From assembly GCA_009859145.1 (NCBI GenBank), contig VRVR01000022.1, positions 274,857 through 338,856 on the forward strand: a stretch of DNA of 64,000 bases, in the 5' to 3' direction. This DNA comes from Andalucia godoyi And28. Taxonomy: Eukaryota; Protista; Jakobida. The notes under the pieces were generated by a model. That model was not told where the DNA came from. It made no database searches and saw only the letters and a program-made list of their open reading frames with translations. Within the stretch, counting starts at the first letter, position 1. Every line of letters starts with the position of its first letter. Below, piece by piece: positions 21,113-31,730 of this stretch. Both the position numbers and the translations under genes were made by a program.

Positions 21113-24100
21113 ATGGGGAAAACCGACAATCTTGATTTCAACGAAGACGGAACCAATGCGGGAGTCGAAGATTCTCAAGCGAAGGAAGACGCCGAGCTGA
21201 AGGTCAAGCTCGCAAAGGCAGAGGAAAAGGACCGCGAAAAAATCTTGAAAGCGGAGGAGGCTCGAAAGGCCAAGGAAGCGGACAAGGCAGTTGAGGAGTC
21301 GAAGCGGAGTGAAGAACTGCGACGGAAAACGGATCGGAGAGTGTTTAAATGCGTCATTCGCACCGTGCAGCTGCGCAAGATTGCGGAAAAGTGCGATCCA
21401 TACGTGAAGTTTAAACTTGGAGGCATCAGTACCAAAAAGGAGACCAAGCATCTGGATAAAACCGAGGAGGAGAATCGCGAGGCCTTTTTGGCCGTCAAGA
21501 AACCAATGAAGAAGTTCAAGACGAAGAAGTTTAAGAATGCTCGGCGAGGGTCGTCTGTGACGTACAACCAGGTGTTTGTCAAGTACTGGTACGGCACGTA
21601 TGATGATCTTGAAAAGGAGTTTTTGCGAGTGGAGCTGTGGGACTGGGACATGTTTACGCGGAATGACTACATGGGCGAAGGAAGGATCAAGCTTTCCGAC
21701 TTGGCAAACGGAAACGTGCAGCAGCACATGAACATGCTTCCGAGTCTCCAGCGCTCGAAAGGTAAGCGGAGGGTTGTCGCTGGAGAGGTTGATTTCCAAT
21801 GCTACTTTCAGGAAGTGTTTGACTTCAAACTGAACTTCTATGACTGGGAAGGAAAGAATTTAATTGCTGCTGATTTCGGAGGGACATCGGATCCGTACAT
21901 TGTGTTTTCGATTCCCCGGTCGTGGTCGAATCCGTTCACAAGAGGAGTTGCCTGGGGTCGGTCGTGCAAGTCTCCTGTTGTGTCGAATACCCTGTTTCCG
22001 AGGTGGGAGGACTGCGGGAATCTGCACTATCGCGGAACTCGCTCCGAACTGGAAGACGAGGATTTGACGCTCAAAGTCTATGACTGGGACCTGTCTTCAG
22101 CCGACGATTTTATCGGGGCTGCTGTGCTTCCTCTTCGCGGAATACTTGAATACGGTTTCCTTCAGTGCGGCTTGCTTATCAAGGGAAAAGTGAAGGTTCC
22201 CAACCAGGGCAAGAAGAAGGAGTGGAATTTGCCGGCCGGATCCTTGTCTGGGTACGTTCGTGCGGAAGATCTTCCAATGCATCAACAGTTCGGTGAGCAG
22301 GTTACGCTCCGCGATCATCATCGCTATCTTGCTGTTCACATCTCTCAGTGCACGCAACTACGTGACATCCACATGGGGTATTCGGATCCGTTTGTTGCGG
22401 TGGAATGGGATGGCATGAAGCAGGAGACTCGAGTGATTGAGAAGGAATTGAATCCATACTTTGACGAAGTGTTGTATTTTCCGGTTCGCATGTCCAACGT
22501 CGGAGACGTGGAGGAGCTGCGGAAAAAACCACGAATTCGGTTGTCTGTCTACCATCATGGATCCGCTGGAAATGATTTTCTCGGTACCACGGAGCTGCCG
22601 TTGTATGCAATTTTGTTGTCAAAAGTGGAAAAAACGCGCGAGTTTGACGGCCAGAAGACACGAATGTTCCGCGGCACGATGAAGTTGGCAAACCTCGGAT
22701 CCATGACGGATTCGACCATTTCTTTCAAAGCGTATTTTGTTCGTGACTTTCCTCCCGAAATGGTTCTGGAGGAGGACGAGTCGATGCAGTTTAAAGGTGA
22801 GGTAGTGGATCGCGATCTGCCCCTCATTTACAGGGAACGCGAGGAAAAGTGGCGAAACTCGATGTTCAGAGCCGGTATCCGGATCACGGACGGAGAGTTT
22901 CCATGCAAGGCCCTTGATGAGCAGCGGGTTTATCGCTTCCTTCCCACGTTTTTGACTCCCATGGTTCCGCCGCGAGACCTTCGGAACGTCTTGGCTCTTG
23001 CACGAATGGTGCAGTGCATCACATGGGCGGAAGACGATGACATTTACGCAGCGGCACTGGCAAGAACAACCGCTGGAATGCGTGCCGCAATGCAGCAGCA
23101 GCCTGTCGTTCCAGGTACAGTGAAGGCGTCGAAGAAGGCAGTGCAGCAAATTGCTCAGACTCCTGTCTCTGCATCCTCGCAGTCGGTTGATATTTGGACA
23201 ACTCCCACGTTTTTCTTGTCCGTCCGCAAAGGCGATTCCGAGGACCATGCGATTCTCATGGTGAATTTGCTCCTAGGAATGGGCAAGGACGCGTATTTGT
23301 GCTACGGGAAATCAAGATCTGGCGTCGATAAGTATGTGTGGGTTCTTGTTCGGGAAGGCGATGGGTCTGTTCACATGTGGGAAACGACCACGGCTCGAAT
23401 GTACCGTCTTGGAGATCGCTGGATTGGCCAAGGTTTGACGCAAGAAGAGGCCGAGGCGTGCGAATTCGGATTGGAAGACGTGGTCCATTATGACAAGAAG
23501 ACGAAAGACGCCATCCGAAAGTATCGTCGCCGTCTGAAGTCCGTGATCAAGAAGATGGAAACAGCGAAGAAGAAATCGCTGAAGAAAAACAATGGGGTGG
23601 AGGCCGATGTGAGCGCGGCGTCTGTGAAGGACGTGGCAGACGAGGCGGATGCGAAAGTCGAAGACGACAAGCGGCTCAAGGAACTTGAGGAGATTGCAGA
23701 GCGGGGAGATGCGGCAGTAGAGGAGTTTCCAGATGTGGATCGGGATGCGCAGGCGGCGTCGAACATGGGCTTGGAAGCCGATGTGGATCAGCCCGAGTTT
23801 GAAATGGACGACGAGCCTCAAAACCCCGAAATTGCTGCGAAGGCTGCTGAAGAGGACGTCAAGGATGAGCAAAAGCGACAGATCGAAGCGAAATTGAAGC
23901 GACGCAAGTATGAAGAAGAAGAAGTCAAGAAGAAGGAGCGGAAGTTGCAGAAGGATCTGAAATCCATATCGAAGGAAGTGTGGACCAAGGACCTCGAAAT
24001 TTTCGACGATGATGCGATGCTGGATGCAAAGGACATTTTTGCAGACATTCGAGCTCCTGAGTACCAGACGCTATTCCAGACCGTAATGACTCTCGACGGA

Positions 24101-25102
24101 CACATTCCGCTGCCGAATAGTGTGATGGCCGGCCATGATGAAAACCGCGGCATTCTTACCCCCGCCTATGTGCCGTATGGATCGATTGAGGTAATCTGCA
24201 ATCACGAGAATCTCTGGGCGAACATTTCCGGCGAGCTTGATCCATCCAAAGTGCGATTTGATGTCGAAGACGAGTCTGTTTGGCTTCCATTTGTTTCTGA
24301 GGATTCGCGTATTCCGCCGCCGATTCCGTTTTATGACCCCAAGCCTCTCGGACCGAAGATGGCCAAAGCACGGGCCGCGGCACTGAGTACCCTGATCTAC
24401 AACGAAGTCAAGTCTGGCTATATGGTCTGGCGTCACAGGGCGAACATGGAAACGAAGTTTCTGAATGAATTTTCATCTCTCCTCGCCGACGGCCTGCGGG
24501 TGCTGGAGGCTACGCGCACCACACCACCATCTGTTGTCCAGCTTGTCCGTCGCAAGACCAAGGAGATTGGTGAACTGCTGATTAATACGGAGGATGAGGA
24601 GGCCCGCGATCTGATTGCCGTTCACCTCAAGGCGCTACGTTCTGAGGCAGACAAGTATGATTTCGAATATTGGAGAGGAAAATTGATGCAGAGACTGCCT
24701 GGCGGCTACGAGTTTGAAGGTGTTCCTATCTCATTTTCGTACACGGACCACAAGCGTATTCGTCGCTATATCATGGAGCACTTCGACTACCACGAAGACT
24801 CGGACGAGAAAATCAACTTTCTGCTTGCAGTGCATGTGACACCGTATGCAAACTCGGTGAGTTCCGTGTGGGTTTTTATTGCCAAGATGTGGGAAACGGT
24901 GACGACGGCGGACAAGACGGAGGATGCGCAGAATGGCGCCGCTGCGAAGACTAGCAAGGCGGCGGACAACCGGGCGGCTTCAGCGGCCCCTGCAGGTGCT
25001 TCGTCTGTTCCGGCTGCAGCAGGCGCCACCGCCGGGCCAAAGAAGACTGGTTCGCAGAAGACCGTGAAGGAAGGCGCTGGCACTGGTCTCTCTGATTCTT
25101 GA
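21113..25102 (+). CDS. Multi-C2-domain protein with CEP76/CC2D2A-type transglutaminase-like domain (centriole/transition-zone family)
   Basis: 1329 aa. At least three C2 domains (DPYVKF...LWDWDMFTRNDYMG; SDPYIVF...VYDWDLSSADDFIG; SDPFVAVEW...NPYFDE). Then WTTPTFFLSVRKGDSEDHAILMVNLLLG...VWVL...MWETTT and IEVICNHENLWANI, as in CEP76/CC2D2A. Confidence 0.8.
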   Translation: MGKTDNLDFNEDGTNAGVEDSQAKEDAELKVKLAKAEEKDREKILKAEEARKAKEADKAVEESKRSEELRRKTDRRVFKCVIRTVQLRKIAEKCDPYVKFKLGGISTKKETKHLDKTEEENREAFLAVKKPMKKFKTKKFKNARRGSSVTYNQVFVKYWYGTYDDLEKEFLRVELWDWDMFTRNDYMGEGRIKLSDLANGNVQQHMNMLPSLQRSKGKRRVVAGEVDFQCYFQEVFDFKLNFYDWEGKNLIAADFGGTSDPYIVFSIPRSWSNPFTRGVAWGRSCKSPVVSNTLFPRWEDCGNLHYRGTRSELEDEDLTLKVYDWDLSSADDFIGAAVLPLRGILEYGFLQCGLLIKGKVKVPNQGKKKEWNLPAGSLSGYVRAEDLPMHQQFGEQVTLRDHHRYLAVHISQCTQLRDIHMGYSDPFVAVEWDGMKQETRVIEKELNPYFDEVLYFPVRMSNVGDVEELRKKPRIRLSVYHHGSAGNDFLGTTELPLYAILLSKVEKTREFDGQKTRMFRGTMKLANLGSMTDSTISFKAYFVRDFPPEMVLEEDESMQFKGEVVDRDLPLIYREREEKWRNSMFRAGIRITDGEFPCKALDEQRVYRFLPTFLTPMVPPRDLRNVLALARMVQCITWAEDDDIYAAALARTTAGMRAAMQQQPVVPGTVKASKKAVQQIAQTPVSASSQSVDIWTTPTFFLSVRKGDSEDHAILMVNLLLGMGKDAYLCYGKSRSGVDKYVWVLVREGDGSVHMWETTTARMYRLGDRWIGQGLTQEEAEACEFGLEDVVHYDKKTKDAIRKYRRRLKSVIKKMETAKKKSLKKNNGVEADVSAASVKDVADEADAKVEDDKRLKELEEIAERGDAAVEEFPDVDRDAQAASNMGLEADVDQPEFEMDDEPQNPEIAAKAAEEDVKDEQKRQIEAKLKRRKYEEEEVKKKERKLQKDLKSISKEVWTKDLEIFDDDAMLDAKDIFADIRAPEYQTLFQTVMTLDGHIPLPNSVMAGHDENRGILTPAYVPYGSIEVICNHENLWANISGELDPSKVRFDVEDESVWLPFVSEDSRIPPPIPFYDPKPLGPKMAKARAAALSTLIYNEVKSGYMVWRHRANMETKFLNEFSSLLADGLRVLEATRTTPPSVVQLVRRKTKEIGELLINTEDEEARDLIAVHLKALRSEADKYDFEYWRGKLMQRLPGGYEFEGVPISFSYTDHKRIRRYIMEHFDYHEDSDEKINFLLAVHVTPYANSVSSVWVFIAKMWETVTTADKTEDAQNGAAAKTSKAADNRAASAAPAGASSVPAAAGATAGPKKTGSQKTVKEGAGTGLSDS

Positions 25103-26001
25103 GCACCCTCGGAATTCATAATTGAATTATTTTTTTTTACCAATCAAAAAATTAAAGAAGAAACGTCCCATTCCTCTTCGCGTTCATATTCATGTTTATG
25201 TTTATGTTCTTGTTCATTATGCCGTTTCTCACAAAGGCGACAAGAACAAGCAAAAGAAGATGGGAATCCGGATTTGTTTGTTGAACAGCCCAAAATTCGA
25301 GGTCGGTGTAGGTGGAATGCCCCAAATTGTTCAGACGCTGATGTTCGGGACACTATTTAATTTGCATTTTCCTTTTCCACGCGATGCCAATGTACGGGAT
25401 CCCCTGCCACGCTACGCAAGACATGTGACATTTCCACCGCAACCTGACGACGGACATGCATCGCAAGCATGCAAAATGGCTGTGTGAGGGGAGTAGGCGG
25501 GTCGCGAAGTCCACATCGTCACTGAGGAACACAGATCAAGACGTGTGGTCAGTGCAGGGCAATCCATGCGAAGCTCGGAAGACACAAAGGCGTTCCGACG
25601 TCCAGGCTGTTGTGCGACGATCGATCGCGATTGGAATGGTGCGCGCAATAACAGTATCTTTAATACGCCGTGCAAGGTGTATTGAAGGGCCAACCCCGCC
25701 CCCCCTTTCGCCCCATGCGGACATGGCCCGGGTAGCAAGATTTGATTACGCATGGATAGCGATGATCATGCGTACTAAACGTACGATGTAGGCGCATGAC
25801 GATGTCGTGGCGTCACTTGGCACACGGCCCTCCATCCCAAATTTCTCACATTTGGTCAGTTTTGTGATGTTTACGGAACAACATGGCTGAGTTGGCAGTT
25901 GTGGGAGCGACAAAAAGTTGGCAAGGCTTGGGTTGGAGTAGTAGTATTTCTACTACTAATCATAGTTATTCTTGTTGGTTATTCATATACACTTAAAAAT
26001 C

Positions 26002-26040
<39 letters not shown>
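26002..26040 (+). repeat. (AAT)13 microsatellite
   Basis: Direct reading. Confidence 0.9.
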
Positions 26041-26041
<1 letters not shown>

Positions 26042-26044
26042 CCG

Positions 26045-27385
26045 TTATTGATCCTCAGTCGACGACGGTGCTGCTGCTGTTGGAGGGCTCCGCGTCGCCA
26101 TGAGCGTGACTTCGTGCTTGGCACTCCACAGGTGCCGCACATCAACAGTCCATCCATGGTTAACCAAGTCACGGCGAATGTCGTTGATCGCAGCCGCTTG
26201 ATCTTGCCGAATTAGAAATGGCGGATCTTCGACTCGTTTGCGGGGAGCAGAAGAATCACGAGCTCGCGGCTGCTTCGCCTCCCAGTACTCTTTTCTCCGC
26301 GACGTTCCAACATCCAAATCATTGCGCAACTTGAGATTTGCAATGATGCACTCCAATCCAGACAATTCTGGATTCGAAGCCCACTTGTGCAGAACCTCGC
26401 CCGCCGCTCTTGGATCGCAAGCAACGTCCCAAACCAGCCACTGCGCTGCTGCATCGTGGAATCGGAATGCGTCCCCCTTTTCAAACTTCAAACTGCCATT
26501 GCGGTCTTCGCCTTCGTGCCCTGCAACGATGCTCGCCACAACATCGGCGCTCACCTCGAGCGGCGCTCGATCCACGGCGGTGACATGACAGCCGTATTTG
26601 AGTGCAAGCAGCACAGACCATGCACCCGGCGATGCACCGAGATCGACCACTCGTTTTCCGGGGCTTGGCCGAGCTCCGAGACACCGTATTGCCTCTTCCA
26701 GTTTGCGGTAAGTTGATCCAGGAGCTTGTGGAAACTCGTCCATGAGGAGTGGCTTTCCGAGGGCAAACGTCGGATATCGTAGTGCCTGCGGAAGCGCGAC
26801 GCTTGCATCCCACTCGCTGCGATTCACACACGAAACCCACACATCTTCCGCATCGGTCATGAACACCGATAATGTGTACGTAGGAGTGACTTCATCGCGG
26901 CCGCGGGTCATCCGGCTGTCCGGTCTGCAGTATCTCCAATTCGTCCTTTCTCTCAGTTTTGCCCGGATTGCATTCGAAAGCAGCTCGCATCTGCGTCCAA
27001 GCACGCTTCTCTCGATAGTGGTTTGCCCAGGCTTCTGAAGATACGAGGACGAAAAACAGTGAAGCTGGTAGAACGGCATCTCGCCATCGGATCCCTTCGC
27101 GCACCGCGCTCTGCTCTTGCTCAGCACGTCGGGCTGTCCAAACAAGATCTCGTCTGCCAACTGCGCGATGCTTGATCCTTGAACCTGCTGTGCATCCGGC
27201 ATCACGCCGACCACAAACGGGCTGCAATACGCCGTCGACACAATCTCAGATGCACAACCGCCAGGCTTTCCGGCACTCGCCAGCAACAACGCTCCAGGTG
27301 CGATGCTTTGGACGAGCGTCAACCCCGGAGGCAACGTCCGCTGCATGCTTGTTACAAACAATGGCCGCGCAAACAAGATGCTCAT
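26045..27385 (-). CDS. rlmM: RlmM-like (FtsJ/RrmJ-fold) rRNA 2'-O-methyltransferase
   Basis: First ATG 27385. STYRKLEEA, VVDLGASPGAWS...CHVTAVDRAPL, WLVWDVAC, IIANLKL and VRHLWSAKHEVT give the K-D-K-E tetrad and closely parallel bacterial RlmM motifs. Confidence 0.75.
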   Translation of the reverse strand: MSILFARPLFVTSMQRTLPPGLTLVQSIAPGALLLASAGKPGGCASEIVSTAYCSPFVVGVMPDAQQVQGSSIAQLADEILFGQPDVLSKSRARCAKGSDGEMPFYQLHCFSSSYLQKPGQTTIERSVLGRRCELLSNAIRAKLRERTNWRYCRPDSRMTRGRDEVTPTYTLSVFMTDAEDVWVSCVNRSEWDASVALPQALRYPTFALGKPLLMDEFPQAPGSTYRKLEEAIRCLGARPSPGKRVVDLGASPGAWSVLLALKYGCHVTAVDRAPLEVSADVVASIVAGHEGEDRNGSLKFEKGDAFRFHDAAAQWLVWDVACDPRAAGEVLHKWASNPELSGLECIIANLKLRNDLDVGTSRRKEYWEAKQPRARDSSAPRKRVEDPPFLIRQDQAAAINDIRRDLVNHGWTVDVRHLWSAKHEVTLMATRSPPTAAAPSSTEDQ

Positions 27386-27662
27386 CAGCAATCACCTTTA
27401 CTCTCTCGCATCCACCACCGCAACAGCAACAAAACTAATAATTAATACTATTATGTATGTTAAACACCAAAAACATGTAATAAATTCTGCATTTTTTCCC
27501 AGCTAGGAACTACAACGGCCAACAGAAGCCACTGTACTCTGCACCGTTGTCGACAAGCGTCGATTTGCGCTCGTAGCCATTCGTGCGAACACCGATCTTT
27601 GTCTTAACCACAGAGCGGCGGACGCACAGTTTGTGAGGAGAGAGGGAAAGAGAGAACAAGGA

Positions 27663-27700
<38 letters not shown>

Positions 27701-27733
27701 GAAAAGGAAGGGAAGAAGAAATAAGAAAGATTC

Positions 27734-28468
27734 ATGGCGCCGCAGCAACCAGTGAATCCGAAGCCGCTTCTCTTGTCTCTCGTCGGTCAGCCGATAATTG
27801 TACGGTTAAAGTGGGGAATCGAGTATCGCGGATTGCTGGTTTCGACGGATGCTTATATGAACCTCCAGCTATCAGAATGCGAAGAATGGGTTCGTGGACA
27901 CTATGCAGGTCTTCTCGGCCAGGTCCTTATTCGATGCAATAACGTACTGTACATTCGCCAAGGAACCCATCAGGACCTCCACCAATCGAAAAGCTCCCAA
28001 TCTTCCAACCGCGCAGGAGAAGAACAAGAATCGGACGCACACTCGGCTCAATCCGGACTGCTTCCACCGCCACAGCAGTCGCCACAGCAGTTGCCGTCGT
28101 CGCCAGCAGAGCCGCAGCAATCTGTGTCGGTATTGGCATTGGAGCCTCTTCCGGTATCTGCATCGGAATCTGCACCGGCACCAGCACCAGCACCAGCACC
28201 AGAGGGAGAGGGCAAAGGCGCCTCAAAGATGGAACTGACACAGGACGAAGCGATGGAGACGCACGAGCCGGTGAAGCCCGCGGTGGAGAAAAAGACTCGG
28301 AGAAAGAGGGGAAGTGAGCCTGCACCCGCAGTCGCAGTCGCACCCGCAACGCCCGTGGAGCCAGAGACGCCGCAGCAGCCAGAAGCCGAGCAAAGTGCAC
28401 GAGCAGAGGCAGCAGAAGAGGTTGTGGAAGAACCAAAACCAAAGCGACGACGGGGTGGCAGGAAGTAA
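27734..28468 (+). CDS. SNRPF: snRNP core protein SmF with a long low-complexity C-terminal extension
   Basis: VNPKPLL...[24 protein letters not shown]...[14 protein letters not shown] is a canonical SmF (Sm1/Sm2 motifs). The ORF continues about 165 aa. Confidence 0.85.
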   Translation: MAPQQPVNPKPLLLSLVGQPIIVRLKWGIEYRGLLVSTDAYMNLQLSECEEWVRGHYAGLLGQVLIRCNNVLYIRQGTHQDLHQSKSSQSSNRAGEEQESDAHSAQSGLLPPPQQSPQQLPSSPAEPQQSVSVLALEPLPVSASESAPAPAPAPAPEGEGKGASKMELTQDEAMETHEPVKPAVEKKTRRKRGSEPAPAVAVAPATPVEPETPQQPEAEQSARAEAAEEVVEEPKPKRRRGGRK

Positions 28469-28705
28469 AACGTAAAGACCAAACATTTATTATTATTATT
28501 ATTATTTGATCGCCCTCGTTTTTGGCTTTCATTTGTCTGTTTTCCCTCTTCTTCTCTGCTCAAGATTCGACGCATGCATTCCTTCTGGAGCAAACAGACA
28601 TATCAGGCAAGTGCATTTATTTACAACAACAATAACAACAACAACGACAAAAAAAAAAGAGGGAGAGAGCACGACGGAAAGGTCTGTTGCCCCCGATTCG
28701 CTGAG

Positions 28706-30169
28706 CTATTCCGACGACGGCATGCGTCGACCGGCGAGCATCTCCATTGGTTTTGCAAACTGCGGCTCGACAGGTCGGTCTGCAAAGACGCTGTCAACAA
28801 AGGCCTGGAAGACTTTCTCTTCGTTTCCGAGCTGCTCCCACGCCTTCTGCGCCTCGAGCTTCCCTCGAATCGCCTCCTGTTCCTTCCCAAGTCTCTTTTC
28901 AGCGTTCTGCTTTCTCTGGAACTGCATCGTCTGAATCGCCTTCTTTTTTCTCGCCTCTGCATCTCGCCGATCCTCCTCTGCAAGAACATCCGCAAGCTGC
29001 CGAAGCTGCATCTGGACCGCTCCCCTTGCCTCCCTGTCTCGCTCTGCGCGTCGCTTCTTCTCCGCGATCTGTGCATCACGCGACATCTTTGTCGCTGCAA
29101 GATACTCGCTCTTCCTCCGAGCATCCTCCCGCTCTCTTTCAGCCCGGGCTTCCTCAGCGGCCCGAACCTGGCCATCTACCCGCGCTTCTTCCGTCGAGCG
29201 CATTGCCGCAAGCATTGCCGCCTGCTCATCAATCAGCTTCTGTCTCCTTGCCAACTGCGCCCCAAACCGCTCGTCTTCTCGAGCTTTCCTCGTTGCTTCC
29301 TTCGCTGCCTTTTCTGCTGCATACTGAGCAATCTTGTCTTCCTCCGCCTTTTCCTGCGCGCGCTCTCTCTCTCTCGACCTTCCAAGCTCCATATTTGCAT
29401 CCCGCAGCTCTCTCAGCCTGGCCTTTCCAGCTTCTCGCTCCCGCTCACTCTTTTCCTTTTCCTCTCTCGCCCGTTCCTTTTCTCGCTCGCGCTCCCTTGC
29501 TTTCTCAGCCTCCATAGCTTCCGCTTCTGCCGCCTCCCGTCGCTGCTTCTCGCCAATCTGCGCGGCACGCTCATTCGCAAGCTTCAGCGCTGCGTCTCTC
29601 TTTGCAATTGCATTACTCACCTGCTTATCATCAAACGCAGCCCATGTCGACTCGAGGTTCGCATGATGTTCGCGAGCCTTCCGCGCCTCATATTCCTCCT
29701 TCTTGTGGTGTGCATCGATCTGTGATGCGCGGCCCTGCAGACACTCGGAAAGCAACAGCCGAGCCTCGAACGAACGGACCTTGTCGGACGATGTGCGCAG
29801 CGAGGCAGCATCGGCCTTTGCAAGAATCGCCGCGCGCTCCGCAGCTCGGCGGGACTCCTCCTGAGCATCCAGTGCTCGCAGCCGTGCTTCATCGGCTGCA
29901 AGGCGCGTCTGGGCGGCCTGAAGCTGTGCTGTGCGAGCTCCATCGAGTGTGTTGGACCACGTGGACACTCGCGCATCGGACAGCGCCTTCAGCCGAATGC
30001 GGTCTTCTTCAAGCGCTGCAGTTGGCGAGTATGATGTCGATGCATACGACGGAAGTCCCGGCGAACCCGATGCCGAAGAAACCGTCATCGACTTTAACCG
30101 CTGCAGCTCATGCGTCGACACGAAGGACTGGCCAGAACCAGGGTGTGTCGCAACATCATATCGAGTCAT
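28706..30169 (-). CDS. Trichoplein-homology (TPH) coiled-coil ciliary protein, CFAP210/CCDC173-like
   Basis: RLKALSDARVSTWSNTL...SDKVRSFEARLLLSECLQGRASQI followed by a long E/K/R/A coiled coil. Confidence 0.7.
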   Translation of the reverse strand: MTRYDVATHPGSGQSFVSTHELQRLKSMTVSSASGSPGLPSYASTSYSPTAALEEDRIRLKALSDARVSTWSNTLDGARTAQLQAAQTRLAADEARLRALDAQEESRRAAERAAILAKADAASLRTSSDKVRSFEARLLLSECLQGRASQIDAHHKKEEYEARKAREHHANLESTWAAFDDKQVSNAIAKRDAALKLANERAAQIGEKQRREAAEAEAMEAEKAREREREKERAREEKEKSEREREAGKARLRELRDANMELGRSRERERAQEKAEEDKIAQYAAEKAAKEATRKAREDERFGAQLARRQKLIDEQAAMLAAMRSTEEARVDGQVRAAEEARAEREREDARRKSEYLAATKMSRDAQIAEKKRRAERDREARGAVQMQLRQLADVLAEEDRRDAEARKKKAIQTMQFQRKQNAEKRLGKEQEAIRGKLEAQKAWEQLGNEEKVFQAFVDSVFADRPVEPQFAKPMEMLAGRRMPSSE

Positions 30170-30494
30170 CTTTCCTTTTTCTATTTTCGGTTGAAGAAAG
30201 GAAAACGTACACTTGTTGGGTGACGAAACGAGAAGAGAAAAACGTAAAACAGAGAATCAGAGAATCAGAGGAATTGAAGAAATTGGTTTGTCGGAAAGTG
30301 GATGTGCTCAGTGTTTAGTTGTGTGACGGTTGGACAGGCATTCCAAGATGGAGGAGGGTGAGACTAGGGCTTTGATGCAGTGATGCAGAAAAGTGTGAAC
30401 TTCAGAAAAATCGACAATTGACGACTTCCTTTTACCTTTTTTTAATTAATTACAGCAAGTTTCTTTTCTTTTTCCTTGTTATTGTTTAAACTTA

Positions 30495-31373
30495 TTAATC
30501 TTGCATGGGCTGCGGGGGCACACCAGGGCCCGGGGGCGTCGCTGTGGTTGACGACGACGACGACGATGGAGTGGGTTGTTGTGAGGGTTGTGAGGAGGAT
30601 TGTGTGGACTGTGTGGACGGTTGTGAAGACGGCGGCTGCTGCTGTTGCTGCTGTGCTTGCTTTTCGGCCTGAATTTCCGCAATGACGGCATCGACTTCCT
30701 CATCTGCAAGCGTTCGAACACCCTGCTCAGAGCGTTTCATGACGGCAACCTCAATGTTCTTTGAGCCTGTTTCGACGACCTCCAGGAGTGCTCGGACCGC
30801 GAGCTTGACCGCATCGTCGTACTTGAGTTCCGGCTCCCAGTTCTTCTCGAGAAACTCGCGAACGGTTGCCGACGACCGTCCAATGGCATTCGATCGCCAC
30901 TCGGTCATCACACCTGACGGCTCCGTCATGAACAGTCGCGGAACATTCGTGTGATGCTCAAACCCTGCAATGAGCGTTGATATTCCAAATGGCCGAACTC
31001 CGCCGGACTGTGTGTAGGACTGCTGGACGCGTGCCACAAAGCGCCCTGCAACCTCGACTCCAATGACATCTTCGTAAGTAAGACCATACGACTGCGCTTC
31101 AATGCGTGCCTTGTTGATCAGCACTCGCGCATCGGCAGTCAGTCCAGCGAAAACGATCGCAATGTGATCGTCAATCAGCGCAATCTTGCGCACAGTACGA
31201 GTGTCCTGGAGCTTTGCAGCCGACTTGCGCTCCACGGCAAGAATCACAGAGTCCGTACCACGAACCCCAACTGCAGTCGAGCCCTTCTTCACTGCCTCCT
31301 GCGCATACTGGACTTGGAAAAGCTGGCCGTCCGGAGAAAAGACTGTGATTGCGCTGTCGTATCGAGAACTCAT
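30495..31373 (-). CDS. PSMA7: 20S proteasome alpha-4 subunit (PSMA7/Pre6) with a Q/S/P-rich tail
   Basis: Start at ATG 31373: [31 protein letters not shown]...[22 protein letters not shown]...[18 protein letters not shown]. Confidence 0.95.
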   Translation of the reverse strand: MSSRYDSAITVFSPDGQLFQVQYAQEAVKKGSTAVGVRGTDSVILAVERKSAAKLQDTRTVRKIALIDDHIAIVFAGLTADARVLINKARIEAQSYGLTYEDVIGVEVAGRFVARVQQSYTQSGGVRPFGISTLIAGFEHHTNVPRLFMTEPSGVMTEWRSNAIGRSSATVREFLEKNWEPELKYDDAVKLAVRALLEVVETGSKNIEVAVMKRSEQGVRTLADEEVDAVIAEIQAEKQAQQQQQQPPSSQPSTQSTQSSSQPSQQPTPSSSSSSTTATPPGPGVPPQPMQD

Positions 31374-31730
31374 GGGCGGAAGTGGGTGGAAGTAGGAGGG
31401 GAATGAGAAAGAGCAAGGGCTGGGAAACTTTCCAGTATTATTAAAATATAAATATGCAAATAATAATAATAATGATAATAGAAAAACAGAAAGTGGTGAG
31501 TAGAGTGCCAAAAAGAACCCAGGAGGGGAAAGTATAAAGAAAAGAAAACGACGAGAGAGACTTGAATCTGGTCCGAGGCTTTTGACATTTTGACGCAGCT
31601 AGCAGTCCACACCTTCAAGAACACGATCAAGTTGTGGACATTCCATTCGCTTACAACAGGTAGGCATTTTATATACAGTATTATACCGGTATAATACCCA
31701 AAAACATTTTTTTTTAATTGCTCCCCTTGC

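Noticed and set aside
28574-29725. 383-aa and 256-aa plus-strand ORFs
   Set aside because: Antisense shadows of the E/K/R/A coiled-coil CFAP210-like gene; L/S/F/P-rich composition is what the complement predicts.
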